Assembly (NCBI GenBank): GCA_016125495.1
Contig: WGLQ01000003.1
Coordinates: forward strand, 1-64,000
Length of the DNA: 64,000 nucleotides
Source of the DNA: Hyphomicrobiales bacterium
Lineage (GTDB): Bacteria > Pseudomonadota > Alphaproteobacteria > Rhizobiales > RI-29
Direction: 5' to 3'
A program made the translations under genes and the position numbers. Each line of letters begins with the position of its first letter. The stretch's first letter is position 1. Below, in pieces: positions 39,345-49,068 of the stretch. The notes under the pieces were generated by a model that saw nothing but the letters and a program-made list of their open reading frames with translations, made no database searches and was not told the origin of the DNA.

Positions 39345-40196
39345 CTAGCCGCGCGGGCGGGCCGACGGCGGAGCGACGACCGGGCCATAGAGTTCGGGAC
39401 GGCGGTCGGCGAGGTGTGTGTAGTTGCGCCGCTTGCCTTCCAGGTGACCGCGATCGAAGGCCCCGATCAGCAGGCAGTCGCCGTCCCCGGCCCGCGCCAC
39501 GTCCTCGCCATCCGGGCCCGCAATGCACGAAAGGCCGCAATACACGATCTCGCCCTCGCTGCCGCAGTAGTTGGCGTAGGCGACGTAGAGCGCATTTTCC
39601 TCTGCCCGCGCCGGCACGAGGCGTCTTGGAACGCTCTCGAACGGGCGCATGTTGGCGGTCGGCACGAGAATGGCGTCGGCGCCCGCGAGCGCATGGGCAC
39701 GGGCGAGTTCCGGGAACTCGATGTCGTAACAGATGGCAACGGCGAGCCGCCAGCCGTCGAGTTCGAGGAGCGGCGGGAGCGTGCCGCCCGCAACGAACTG
39801 GGCACGATCCAGGGAACCATAAAGATGCGTCTTGGCGTAAGGCACACAAAGCGTGCCATCAGGCAGTGCGAAGCGGATGGCATTGTGCCATCCCGTGGCT
39901 CCGGCGACCGGGGCCGGGTAACCATAGAGGATGGTGAGACCGTGCGCGCGGGCCAGATCGGCGATCCGCTCGTGCGTGCCGTTCGCGGCGATCGCCTCGC
40001 CGGCACGGGCGACCGCCGGGGCGCCGATGGCATAGCCAGACAGGAACATCTCCGGGGTGAGGAGGACGCGGGCACCGGCTTCGGCAGCACCGCGCGCTGC
40101 CGTCTCGAGCCGCGCGAGCCCCTCGCCGATGCCGTGGCTCACGGGCGTCGCCTGGAGTACCGCAAGGCGCATCGTCTCGCTCGGTGCCGCCGTCAT
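39345..40196 (-). CDS. carbon-nitrogen hydrolase (nitrilase superfamily amidase, DavA/omega-amidase-like)
   Basis: 283 aa. Glu-Lys-Cys triad contexts (TPEMF..., AKTHLYG, AVAICYDIEFPE). AAGGAGG RBS. Sits 36 bp upstream of the monooxygenase on the same strand. Confidence 0.8.
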   Translation of the reverse strand: MTAAPSETMRLAVLQATPVSHGIGEGLARLETAARGAAEAGARVLLTPEMFLSGYAIGAPAVARAGEAIAANGTHERIADLARAHGLTILYGYPAPVAGATGWHNAIRFALPDGTLCVPYAKTHLYGSLDRAQFVAGGTLPPLLELDGWRLAVAICYDIEFPELARAHALAGADAILVPTANMRPFESVPRRLVPARAEENALYVAYANYCGSEGEIVYCGLSCIAGPDGEDVARAGDGDCLLIGAFDRGHLEGKRRNYTHLADRRPELYGPVVAPPSARPRG

Positions 40197-40217
40197 TTTC
40201 CCCTCCTTGAAGGGCGC

Positions 40218-40916
40218 TCAGGTCACGCTGCGCATGAGCCCACCGTCGACACGCAGGCTCTGGCCCGTGATGTAGCTGGCGGCATCGGAGAGCAGGAAGG
40301 CCACAGTGTCGGCGATCTCGCGCACCTCGCCGTATCGGCCGGCCGGAATAGCGGCGCGACGCTCGGGCTTTTCCGGCAGGCTGTCGATGTAACCGGGTAG
40401 CACCGCGTTCATGCGGATGCCGCGGGCGGCGTGGAGATCGGCATAGAGCTTGACCCATGCACTCACCGCTGCGCGCAAAGTGGTGAGGGGGAACGCCGCC
40501 TGCGGTTCCAGTGCCCAGGCCGACGTGATGGTGACGAACGCACCGCCGCCCTGGCGCTCCATTTGGGGGGTCAGGAGCCGGGCCAGTCGCACGACGGAGA
40601 GGAAAACCATGTCGAGGCCGGCGTGCCAATCGCTGTCGGTCAGTTCGAGCAGAGGGCCCTTCGGCGGATGGCCAGTGTTGATCACGGCGGCATCGATCCG
40701 TCCGAAACGCTCCATGGCGAGGGCGACCAGGCGCTCGATATCGGCGGGCTCGGTCAGGCTGCCACGCAGGGCGATGCCACCCAGTTCCTCGGCGAGCGGG
40801 AGAACGGTTTCGCCGGGCGAGAGGAGGGCGAGGCGATAGCCGTCGGCGGCGAGGCGCCGGGCAACGGCGGCCCCCATGCCGCGACCCGCGGCGGTGACGA
40901 TGGCGACTTTGGTCAT
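40218..40916 (-). CDS. SDR family oxidoreductase
   Basis: 232 aa. TAAGRGMG glycine motif. Catalytic YxxxK context. Confidence 0.8.
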   Translation of the reverse strand: MTKVAIVTAAGRGMGAAVARRLAADGYRLALLSPGETVLPLAEELGGIALRGSLTEPADIERLVALAMERFGRIDAAVINTGHPPKGPLLELTDSDWHAGLDMVFLSVVRLARLLTPQMERQGGGAFVTITSAWALEPQAAFPLTTLRAAVSAWVKLYADLHAARGIRMNAVLPGYIDSLPEKPERRAAIPAGRYGEVREIADTVAFLLSDAASYITGQSLRVDGGLMRSVT

Positions 40917-41136
40917 TGCTCACCTCGATCTGGAGGCCGGCGATCCTGCCGGGGGAACCTCGCACCCATCCTAGCCCGCCACCAGAGGCGACCGCCAGAG
41001 ACAGGCCGAGGCTGCCCGGGCTGGACACTGGAAGAGAAAACCCTGCAACCCCTCGACAACCCGTTCCGCCCGAGGCTGTTACCGATGTGATCGGTACGAT
41101 CTGTGGCCCATGTCTCCGGTATGCACAGGCGAGAGT

Positions 41137-41213
41137 TGGCGACCCCGGCAGGATTCGAACCTGCGACCATTCGCTTAGAAGGCGAATGCTCTATCCAGCT
41201 GAGCTACGGGGTC
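41137..41213 (-). tRNA. tRNA-Arg(TCT)
   Basis: Minus-strand cloverleaf: acceptor GACCCCG/CGGGGTC + G + CCA, D-arm GCTCAGCTGGATAGAGC, anticodon arm TTCGC-CTTCTAA-GCGAA, T-arm GCAGGTTCGAATCCTGC. Confidence 0.9.
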
Positions 41214-41354
41214 GAATGTGGCCGCTCGGCCTGCATGTTGGCGGCGCGGGGCGGGCTTGGCAAGACGATGGCGCCTGCCGCCTGTGGTCCCCTTGTTTCG
41301 AAGTTCTGGCGCATCGTCGCCAACGGGGCACCCGTGGTCCAGCCACCGCGCCGG

Positions 41355-41612
41355 TCAATGCGACCAGCGTCCGATGCGGCCGAACTTGAAATTGTCGCTG
41401 TAGGATTTTGCGAGCGGCCGGCGGGATTTCGGCTCGATCACGCGGAAGGAGAGGCCATTGCGCTCGGCGTAGGCGATGGCCTCTTCGCGCGTTTCGAATG
41501 TGAGGCGAACCTGTCCCTTCATGTCGCTCGAGCCGGTCCAGCCCATGAGCGGATCGATCGAGCGCGGCGCCTCGGGCTCGTATTCGAGGACCCATTGGCG
41601 CGTCTTGGCCAT
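41355..41612 (-). CDS. ETC complex I subunit conserved-region protein (NDUFS4-like, PF04800)
   Basis: 85 aa. MAKTRQWVLEYEPEAPRSIDPLMGWTGSSDMKGQVRLTFETREEAIAYAERNGLSF matches the NADH:ubiquinone oxidoreductase 18-kDa subunit homologues common in alphaproteobacteria. Confidence 0.65.
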   Translation of the reverse strand: MAKTRQWVLEYEPEAPRSIDPLMGWTGSSDMKGQVRLTFETREEAIAYAERNGLSFRVIEPKSRRPLAKSYSDNFKFGRIGRWSH

Positions 41613-41733
41613 GCCGGACTGCATGGCGGTCTTGGCGGGCTTGAAAATGCGCGCGGTCACGGGCGTTCGACCCCTGCTGATGATGGCTGGCAACGTGAAC
41701 CATGCGTCGTCTACACGCGCCGCCGGAGGGGCG

Positions 41734-42615
41734 TCAACCGGGGGCCGGGTTGCCGGAAAGCAGCACGGCGACGCCACCGAACACCATGACGATGCCGAGC
41801 CACTGCAGCGGATGGACGCGCTCGGCAAGGACGATCCGCCCGAGCAGGACCGCAACAGCCCCGAAACAGCTCGAGACCACCGTGGCGATGGACGCTCCCG
41901 GTCCATGGCCCGCCGCAAGGAGCACGGCGAGGGCCATGACGTCCAACAGCCCCATCGCGATCAGCAGGGGCAGCCAGCGTACCGGCAAGCGCATCCCCGT
42001 GCGCGTCACCAACAGCACCAGGGCCAGCGTGGCGAAGCCGACGATGCGCGCAAGCCACGTCGCCTCGAGTTCACCGAAAACAGGGGCAGCACGCTGGCCG
42101 CGCGTGATGGCGAGGGCAAAGCTGAGATTGGCGAGCAGCGCGAGGCCGAGGACACCGGCGCGGCCGGCGCGCGGGTTCTCGGGCGCCGCGGAGCCCGGCT
42201 CGTCCGGCGCATAGCTCGCCACGATCGCCACCCCGGCGACGACACCGACGATCGCGAGCGCATCGAGGAGCGTCGGCACGCGGCCGGTCGCCACCTCGTA
42301 GAGCACCACCAGAACGGGATATGAGCCGACGATCGGGGCGACGAGCGAGATCGGGGCGAGAGCGAGGGCGGCGAACAGCCAGAGTGTCGCGAGGGCGAAG
42401 CCCGCCCCGCTGAGGACCACCAGCCAGAGGCCGTCCAGGTGCCAGACCGGCCAGCGTCCGAGAGCGGCGAGCAACACGGTCAAGGCGAGCAGACCGAAGG
42501 CGGTGACGGCGCCGACGGTGCGCAGCGGACCAACACTTCGGCTCGCAAAGCGTGCGGCGAAATCGTGCAGCCCCCAGGAGAGGGCGGCAATGAGGCCGAG
42601 AAGCGCGGGTGTCAT
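41734..42615 (-). CDS. DMT-superfamily (EamA-like) transporter
   Basis: 293 aa. 10 predicted TM helices. Duplicated EamA halves. Confidence 0.7.
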   Translation of the reverse strand: MTPALLGLIAALSWGLHDFAARFASRSVGPLRTVGAVTAFGLLALTVLLAALGRWPVWHLDGLWLVVLSGAGFALATLWLFAALALAPISLVAPIVGSYPVLVVLYEVATGRVPTLLDALAIVGVVAGVAIVASYAPDEPGSAAPENPRAGRAGVLGLALLANLSFALAITRGQRAAPVFGELEATWLARIVGFATLALVLLVTRTGMRLPVRWLPLLIAMGLLDVMALAVLLAAGHGPGASIATVVSSCFGAVAVLLGRIVLAERVHPLQWLGIVMVFGGVAVLLSGNPAPG

Positions 42616-42663
42616 CTGTTCGCGCCCTCGCGCGCAACTCGACGGGGCTCTGGCGGGGATCGA

Positions 42664-43368
42664 TCAGCGCGCATAGAGAGCCGCCGCTGCCTCCCGGTTC
42701 ACGAGAATGTGCTCCTCGGTCTCGCGCCGGGCGGCCGCGATGTCGCCCTTCTCGAGGAAGGAGACGATGCGCTCGTGGTAGTCGAGCGAGCGGCGCGACA
42801 TGAGCGTGACGCGCATCAATCGATAGCGAACCGGCAGCGAAATTTCGTTGACGTAGGCCATCACCTCAGTGATGGGGCGATTGCTGGTGTAGGCGATGAT
42901 GCGATCGTGGAACACTTGGTTCTCGGCGAAATAGCTCTCGATGTCCTTGGCCTGGAAGTGGCGGCGCATACGCGCGTTGCTCTGGGCGAGGTCGACGATG
43001 AGGGCTTCGAGCGGGCGCCCTTCGAGCGAGGCGATGACGAGACCTTCGAGGCTCGCGCGCAGATCGTAAAGGTGCAGGACGTCCTCGACGCTGTAGGTGC
43101 GCACGCGAAAGCCACGACGCTGCTGGTACTCGACGAGACCGTTCTGGAGCAGCATGCGCAGGCTTTCACGCACCGGGCCCCGGCTCGAGCCGAATTCGCG
43201 CTCGATGTCCTGCTCGCGAAGCGCCCGGCCCGGTTCCAGCTCGCCCGTGATGATCCGCCAGCGCAGGCGCTCGAGCAGGTGCGACGAAAGCGTCTTCGGC
43301 AGTTCCGCCCCGTCGCCGCCCGTCGCCTGGGCGTCCCTGGCATGCCTCATCGTATGGGTGCCACTCAT
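42664..43368 (-). CDS. GntR-family transcriptional regulator (FadR/FCD subfamily)
   Basis: N-terminal wHTH (LSSHLLERLRWRIITGELEPGRALREQDIEREFGSSRGPVRESLRML). C-terminal FCD helical domain. Heads a divergent/upstream position relative to the ABC-aminotransferase operon. Confidence 0.8.
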   Translation of the reverse strand: MSGTHTMRHARDAQATGGDGAELPKTLSSHLLERLRWRIITGELEPGRALREQDIEREFGSSRGPVRESLRMLLQNGLVEYQQRRGFRVRTYSVEDVLHLYDLRASLEGLVIASLEGRPLEALIVDLAQSNARMRRHFQAKDIESYFAENQVFHDRIIAYTSNRPITEVMAYVNEISLPVRYRLMRVTLMSRRSLDYHERIVSFLEKGDIAAARRETEEHILVNREAAAALYAR

Positions 43369-43399
43369 CGAACCTCCAGCCGGATGGCCGCGATCGCAT

Positions 43400-44680
43400 T
43401 CACGGGCATGCGCCGATCACCTCGGTGACGGCCGCGAGGGCCTCAGCCAAAATCCCGGCCTCCAGATTGAGCGGTGGAAGCAGCATCAGGCAATCCCCCC
43501 CGCGCCCTCCTCCATAGGCGAGGATGCGGCGCCGGAGAAGCGCCGTCTGCATGGCCGCATTGCGCTCGCTCCCGCTGCCGGCCCCGGTCGCCTCGATGCC
43601 GACGGCGGCCATCGCCCCGACCACACGAACAGCTCCGACCCCGGCCGAGCCCGCGAGCGGGGCGAGACGGGTGCGCAGCATCGGGGCGATCACCTCCTCG
43701 GCGTGCGCGGCGAGCCGCTCACCGGCGATCGTCTCGATGCCGGCGACCGCCATGGCGCAGGCCAGCGGATTGCCCTGGAAGGTGCTGGTGTGCATGCCCG
43801 GCGGCCAGGCCTTGAGGAGGCGCGCGGGGCCGGCGACGGCAGCGAGCGGCAGGCCGCCCGAGAGCGCCTTACCCATGACGACGAGATCCGGCGCGATGCC
43901 GGCACGCTCGAAGGCGAACCAGCGACCGGCCCGCGCAAAACCGCACCAGATTTCGTCGAGCGCCAGCACGACGTCGTGGCGCCGGCAGAGTTCGGCGAGA
44001 CCCTCGAGGAAGGGCGCAGGAGGCTCGATGACCCCTGCGACGCCCTGAACCGCCTCGACCACCATGATCGCCGGCGGATCGCCCCCGTCGGCGCGGCGCT
44101 CGAGCAGGCGCTCGGCCTCGGCAAGGCAGGCCGAGGCCGAGCGGGCGGGCGATCCATCGGCGTACGGCAGGATGTCGACGAGGTGTTCGAGGGTGGAAAA
44201 TGGCGCGCGGATGCGCTCGCCGGAGGTGATCGAAAGAGCGCCGAGGGTGCGCCCGTGATAGCCTCCCTCGAAGGCGACCAGCCGGCGGCGCCCGGTCGCG
44301 TACTGCGCCACCTTGATTGCGGCCTCGATCGCCTCGGCACCCGAATTGACGAATTGCACCGTATCGATGCCTGCGGGCAGGATATCGACGAGGCTGCGAT
44401 AGAGTTCGGCTCGCCACGGGGACGGCAGGCGCGTGCCGGTGTGCAGAATGCCGGTCGACAGCACCTCGCCTATGGCGCTGACGTGGGCTGGATGGCCGTG
44501 ACCGAGATTGGTGGTGGCCGAACCGCAAACGAGATCGAGGTAGCGCTCGCCGTCGTCCGTAAAGAGGAATGGCCCCTCTCCACGAACGAAAACCGGCGGA
44601 TCGGAGACCAGGCGGAAGGTGTTGGCGGACGCACTCTCGTGAGCGCGCGTCAGGGCCAGCGTCGTTGCGGCATCGATCAT
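43400..44680 (-). CDS. class-III (omega) aminotransferase
   Basis: 426 aa. PLP-Lys in VVMGKALSGGLP. GxxxxxDEIWCGF. ATGA overlap with upstream ABC ATPase gene. Confidence 0.85.
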   Translation of the reverse strand: MIDAATTLALTRAHESASANTFRLVSDPPVFVRGEGPFLFTDDGERYLDLVCGSATTNLGHGHPAHVSAIGEVLSTGILHTGTRLPSPWRAELYRSLVDILPAGIDTVQFVNSGAEAIEAAIKVAQYATGRRRLVAFEGGYHGRTLGALSITSGERIRAPFSTLEHLVDILPYADGSPARSASACLAEAERLLERRADGGDPPAIMVVEAVQGVAGVIEPPAPFLEGLAELCRRHDVVLALDEIWCGFARAGRWFAFERAGIAPDLVVMGKALSGGLPLAAVAGPARLLKAWPPGMHTSTFQGNPLACAMAVAGIETIAGERLAAHAEEVIAPMLRTRLAPLAGSAGVGAVRVVGAMAAVGIEATGAGSGSERNAAMQTALLRRRILAYGGGRGGDCLMLLPPLNLEAGILAEALAAVTEVIGACP

Positions 44681-45750
44681 GGCCCCGGCTCCAGTACGGT
44701 CGCGGCACCTTCGAGGACGGAAAGGCCGACGTCGTCACCCGGCGCGGGCGAGGGATCGTCGCGTCGGGCGTCGACCTCTAGGACCGTACCGTCTCGCGAG
44801 ACGAGATCGAGGCGCAGACCCGAGCCGGCGAACGCAACGTCTCGAACCACGGCCCGCGCTGGGGCGCCCTCCGAAATGCGTATCGATTCCGGGCGAACGG
44901 CGAGACGGACGCGGGTTCCCTCGGCGGCGGCGGCGTTGCCCGCCGGGGTCCCCGCAACGATGCGACCGAGCGGGCCGGCATCGACGAGGAGATCGCCCTG
45001 GTGGCGGCCGGCAACGGTTCCGTCGACCAGGTTACAGCGGCCGAGGAAGCCGGCGACGAATTCGGTGCGCGGCCGGTCGTAAATCTCCGTCGGCGGTCCA
45101 ACCTGCTCGATGCGCCCATCGCGCATCACGGCGATGCGATCGCTCATGGTGATCGCCTCCTCCTGGTCGTGGGTGACGGCGACGAAGGTCAGGCCGACAT
45201 CGCGGTGGAGGCGTCGCAATTCACCCTGGAGCTGGCGGCGCAGGCTCGTATCGAGCGCGCCGAGCGGCTCATCGAGGAGGAGGGCGCCGGGCTCGACGAT
45301 AAGGGCCCGTGCGAGCGCCACGCGCTGGCGCTGGCCACCGGAGAGCTGGTGCGGCGCGCGCGCGCCGTAACCGTCGAGACCAATGCGCGTCAGCCAGTCG
45401 CCCGCCGCGCGGTCGCGCTCGGGCCGCGCGATGCCGCGCATCTTGAGGCCGTAGCCGATGTTGTCCAAGACGCTCTTGTGGGGGAAAAGGGCGTAGTCCT
45501 GGAACATGATCGAGGTGTCGCGACGGTTGGGCGGCAAGTCGGTGACATCCGTCCGACCGACGTGGATGCGACCTTCGCTGACCTGCTCGAGGCCGGCGAT
45601 CATGCGCAGCAGCGTGGTCTTGCCACAGCCGGAGGGACCAAGGAGGGTGAGGAATTCGCCGGCCTCGATGCGCAGCGAGAGCGGGCGCACCGCCTCGACC
45701 TCGCCGAAACGCTTGCCGACCCCGATGACCTCGACCGCTTTTGCTGGCAT
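44677..45750 (-). CDS. ABC transporter ATP-binding protein (PotA/polyamine-type, with TOBE C-domain)
   Basis: Walker A GPSGCGKTT. LSGGQRQR signature. Walker B LLLDEP. C-terminal transport-associated OB region. Confidence 0.9.
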   Translation of the reverse strand: MPAKAVEVIGVGKRFGEVEAVRPLSLRIEAGEFLTLLGPSGCGKTTLLRMIAGLEQVSEGRIHVGRTDVTDLPPNRRDTSIMFQDYALFPHKSVLDNIGYGLKMRGIARPERDRAAGDWLTRIGLDGYGARAPHQLSGGQRQRVALARALIVEPGALLLDEPLGALDTSLRRQLQGELRRLHRDVGLTFVAVTHDQEEAITMSDRIAVMRDGRIEQVGPPTEIYDRPRTEFVAGFLGRCNLVDGTVAGRHQGDLLVDAGPLGRIVAGTPAGNAAAAEGTRVRLAVRPESIRISEGAPARAVVRDVAFAGSGLRLDLVSRDGTVLEVDARRDDPSPAPGDDVGLSVLEGAATVLEPGP

Positions 45751-45754
45751 GGCG

Positions 45755-46540
45755 CTATCTCACGTCCTTGCGCATGAACAGGAGCTGGGCGACGAGACCG
45801 AGCACCATAGAAAAGAGGAATACCATGGTGCCGAGTGCGTTGATCGTCGGGTCGTAGCCGGTGACCAGCGTCGTCCAGATCTTGATCGGCAGTGTTATGG
45901 AGAAATTCGTGAGGAAGTAGGCGATCACGAACTCGTCGAAAGCGAAGGTGAATGTGAGGATCAGCGTGGCGACGATCGCGAAGCGGCAGGAAGGCAGGAC
46001 GATTTCCCAGATGGCGCGTGCCCGCGAAGCACCGAGCGCCCAGGCGGCCTCCTCGTGACTCTTGGGGATCTGCGCCAGCCGGTTGCGCAAATTGAGCACG
46101 GCGAGCGGAAGGACATAGAGAACCTGACCGAGATAGGCGAGCCAGAGTGAGGGCTCGATCCCCATGCGGACGAAATAAAGTCTCAGAGAAATGCCGACGA
46201 GGAGCAACGGCACCGCGAGCGGGGCAAGGACGAGAAGGGTGACGGCGGTCTTTCCGGGAAAGCGCGCGTTGACCAGGGAATAGGCGCAGAGGAAGCCGAC
46301 GGTGGTCGCGGTGAGGGCAACGGCGCCGGCAACGAGGATGCTGTTGAGGAAGCCGGCGGAATATTGACCGTCGGAGAACACACGCACGTACCATTCGAGC
46401 GTTGCATCGCGGAACGGCAGCGTCTGGAAGCGCGCAGATGAAAAGGAGAAGATCGCCATCACCACGATCGGCGCATAGACGGCGACGACGACGAGGGCGA
46501 AAAGACCCGTGAGCAGCGTGCGTGCGAGACCGCCCCTCAT
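45755..46540 (-). CDS. ABC transporter permease (PotC-like)
   Basis: 261 aa from MRGGLARTLLTGLFAL. 6 TM. EAA loop region (EEAAWALGASRARAIWEIVLP). Confidence 0.8.
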   Translation of the reverse strand: MRGGLARTLLTGLFALVVVAVYAPIVVMAIFSFSSARFQTLPFRDATLEWYVRVFSDGQYSAGFLNSILVAGAVALTATTVGFLCAYSLVNARFPGKTAVTLLVLAPLAVPLLLVGISLRLYFVRMGIEPSLWLAYLGQVLYVLPLAVLNLRNRLAQIPKSHEEAAWALGASRARAIWEIVLPSCRFAIVATLILTFTFAFDEFVIAYFLTNFSITLPIKIWTTLVTGYDPTINALGTMVFLFSMVLGLVAQLLFMRKDVR

Positions 46541-46544
46541 GGCC

Positions 46545-47447
46545 TCACCCCTGAAGCCGGACCTGGCGCACCAGCAGCAGAAGGGGCGCTGCGCCGGCCA
46601 GGATGACGAGGACAAGGATCGAGGCGAAGGTGGCCGCCATGGGCAGGTCGTAGGTGCCCTTGAGGACCGAAAGCATCACCTGCGCGAGAACGGGGCGGAA
46701 GCCGCCGCCGAGCAGCGCCGGAACGGCATAATCGCCGACAGCGATGATGTAGGTGAGCACCGCGCCGATCAGCCAGCCCGGAACGCTCAGCGGCAGGACG
46801 ATCTCGCGAAAGCCGGTCCATCGCGTGCCACCGAGCACGGCGTTCGCCTCGAGCAGGCGCCGGTCGATCGTCACCATGACGCTGAAAAGCATCAATGTCG
46901 TCAGCATGATGCCGAACAGCGTGAGCCCGAGGATCGAAGCGCCCATGGTGTAGAGGAAGCCGAGGGAGACGGCGGTTCCCGTCACGCGCTCGATCGCCCA
47001 GGCGATGACGCCGCTGTCGGCGAGCACGAGCTGCCAGGAAAAGGCGCGGATCGTAAAGCTCGTCCAGAAGGGTGCGACGAGGATGAACAAGAGCAGCACC
47101 CGCATGCGGGGCGAGACCTCGAAAGCGAGGAAATAGGCGAGCGGATAGGCGATGAGGCTCGAGAGCGCGACCACGGTCAGGGAGAGGAACAGGGTGCGCG
47201 ATAGGGCGCCGACGAGGCGCGGCTCGGCAAAGAAGGTGCGATAGTTGGCGAGCGTCGGCCCCTCCACTCCCTCGGCACCGAAGGAGAGCGCGATGGTGTA
47301 GGCGATCGGGGCCGCAAAAAACAGCAGAGTCAGGGCGACCGCCGGCAGAACGCCGTGCCAGAGGTTGAGGACGGGGGCGCGTGCGCTCGCCACGGCCGAC
47401 CTCACCAGCGCACGAACAGCGCGCGCATCATCGCCCCGTCGATGCAC
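46545..47447 (-). CDS. ABC transporter permease (PotB-like)
   Basis: About 300 aa. 6 TM. EAA-like loop (LEANAVLGGTRWTGFREIVLP). Annotated GTG start overlaps the 3' end of the cyclase gene by about 45 bp. True start may be slightly downstream. Confidence 0.75.
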   Translation of the reverse strand: MHRRGDDARAVRALVRSAVASARAPVLNLWHGVLPAVALTLLFFAAPIAYTIALSFGAEGVEGPTLANYRTFFAEPRLVGALSRTLFLSLTVVALSSLIAYPLAYFLAFEVSPRMRVLLLFILVAPFWTSFTIRAFSWQLVLADSGVIAWAIERVTGTAVSLGFLYTMGASILGLTLFGIMLTTLMLFSVMVTIDRRLLEANAVLGGTRWTGFREIVLPLSVPGWLIGAVLTYIIAVGDYAVPALLGGGFRPVLAQVMLSVLKGTYDLPMAATFASILVLVILAGAAPLLLLVRQVRLQG

Positions 47448-48745
47448 GTCGTCTTCAAGGGGATCGCCAGCACATGAGTGCGGTCCGAGCCGGCAAGGCC
47501 GATGTCACGGAAATCCTCGATGAAGGGAATGTTGCGGGCAAAGACGGCGAGATGGGTGTGGAACTCGTGCACGAAGACATGGCGCTTCGGCATCTCGCGG
47601 GCAACGAAATCCTGCGGGAAGTCGAGGGCGATCGCCTTGATGCCCTGGTCCATCAGCCATTCCGCCGCCGCGACCTCGAGGTTCGGGGCGACGAGATGCC
47701 AGCGCGTGCTCTCATAGCCCATGCGGTTGGTGAGGTCGGAGCGCAGCACGACGATGTCGCCCATTCGGATTCCCTTGGCGCGGGCGGATATCAATTCGGC
47801 GGTGATCGGCGTCGGTAGCGGCAGGTCGGAGAGATCGACGATGTTCGCCTCGCCGGTGAAGGCATCGAGGCCCCAGTTCGGCATCTCCTGGATGGTCATG
47901 CCGTCGCGGCGCATGTGGCGGGGCGCATCGCAATGCGTGAAGCCGTGACCGCGGATCGTGAAATGGATTTCATCCCGGTCGGCGCCGGCCGCGAAGTTCG
48001 GCCCGTCGTCGACATCGATGTACCAGCGCCAGTGGTTGAACATCGGGGTCGAGACGTCGAGCAGGACCGGCTCGTCGGACGGCCACTGCGTGAAGGCGAT
48101 GGGGCGGACGGGCGAGACGGAGGCGCGCGGAATGGCGAGGGGCAGGGAGCAGAAAAACACCTCGCTCTGCTCGATCGCCACGAGGTTCTCGGCGTTCTCG
48201 GTGACGAGCAGTCCGGCGGCATGGAGCGCGGCGCGGAAATGCTGGTTCGCGTTGGGGACATAGCCATCGTCGAGCGGGCGGCGGGCGGGCAATTCGTCGC
48301 ACGGAATGTCGAGGACGACGTGGCGGAATCCCTCGCGCGCGATCTGGTTGGCGCAGGCGGCGGCAAAGCGCGGCACCTCGCGCCAGTAGGCGAGGTGGCT
48401 GTTGCGGTGGCGGGCGGAATGACCGGTTCGCAGAACCAGAATCCGTCGACCCTTGGGGGCAACGCCCTTCAGCCGCTCGGCGAGGGCGACGGCGCCGATC
48501 TCCTTGAGATCGGACACATCGACGATGCTCGCGACCGCCGCAAAGCAATCCAGAGGATAGGCATCGAGGCGGCCCGCGCCACGCATCCGCCAGCCCGGAG
48601 CGGAGACGAACGAAAAGCCGGGCCCGCGCCACTTGAGGCCGAACTCCTGGAATTCATCGCCCCGCGCGGGGTCCTGGGAGACGAATGGATGGCTCTGCCA
48701 GTGGAAATGCGGCTCGATCAGAGCTGAGCAGTCGATGATCGCCAT
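47402..48745 (-). CDS. cyclase-family protein (kynurenine-formamidase-like fold), apparently duplicated domain
   Basis: 447 aa from MAIIDCSALIEPHFHW. Two copies of the HxGTHxDAPxH-type motif (HGFTHCDAPRHM and a degenerate EPHFHWQSH / EFHTHLAVFARN). Embedded inside the ABC importer operon. Confidence 0.55.
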   Translation of the reverse strand: MAIIDCSALIEPHFHWQSHPFVSQDPARGDEFQEFGLKWRGPGFSFVSAPGWRMRGAGRLDAYPLDCFAAVASIVDVSDLKEIGAVALAERLKGVAPKGRRILVLRTGHSARHRNSHLAYWREVPRFAAACANQIAREGFRHVVLDIPCDELPARRPLDDGYVPNANQHFRAALHAAGLLVTENAENLVAIEQSEVFFCSLPLAIPRASVSPVRPIAFTQWPSDEPVLLDVSTPMFNHWRWYIDVDDGPNFAAGADRDEIHFTIRGHGFTHCDAPRHMRRDGMTIQEMPNWGLDAFTGEANIVDLSDLPLPTPITAELISARAKGIRMGDIVVLRSDLTNRMGYESTRWHLVAPNLEVAAAEWLMDQGIKAIALDFPQDFVAREMPKRHVFVHEFHTHLAVFARNIPFIEDFRDIGLAGSDRTHVLAIPLKTTCIDGAMMRALFVRW

Positions 48746-49068
48746 GTCATTGATCTCGCATCGCAGGAACTGACGGGGGCCGGCCACCGGCCACAACAGC
48801 AGCCGGATCGGAACGGGCGCAACGCCGGAGAGCCGGGGAGGAATCGCCCGCCAGGGACCAGTCTAGCCCAGGGCGAGGGGGCTGGGGAGCCCCGCGACCG
48901 ACGGCACGCCCGCTCCATCGCCGACGCCGAGGCATCGGGCAACGAACCGGCGGCCGGTCGAGCGGAGTGGGTCACTCCCCGACCCGAGCGGCCGCGCGGC
49001 TCGATCGAGCCCACCTGCCACCGGACGGCCGTCCGCGGCGCCCGGCGGCGGTGACATGGTGATCGCGA

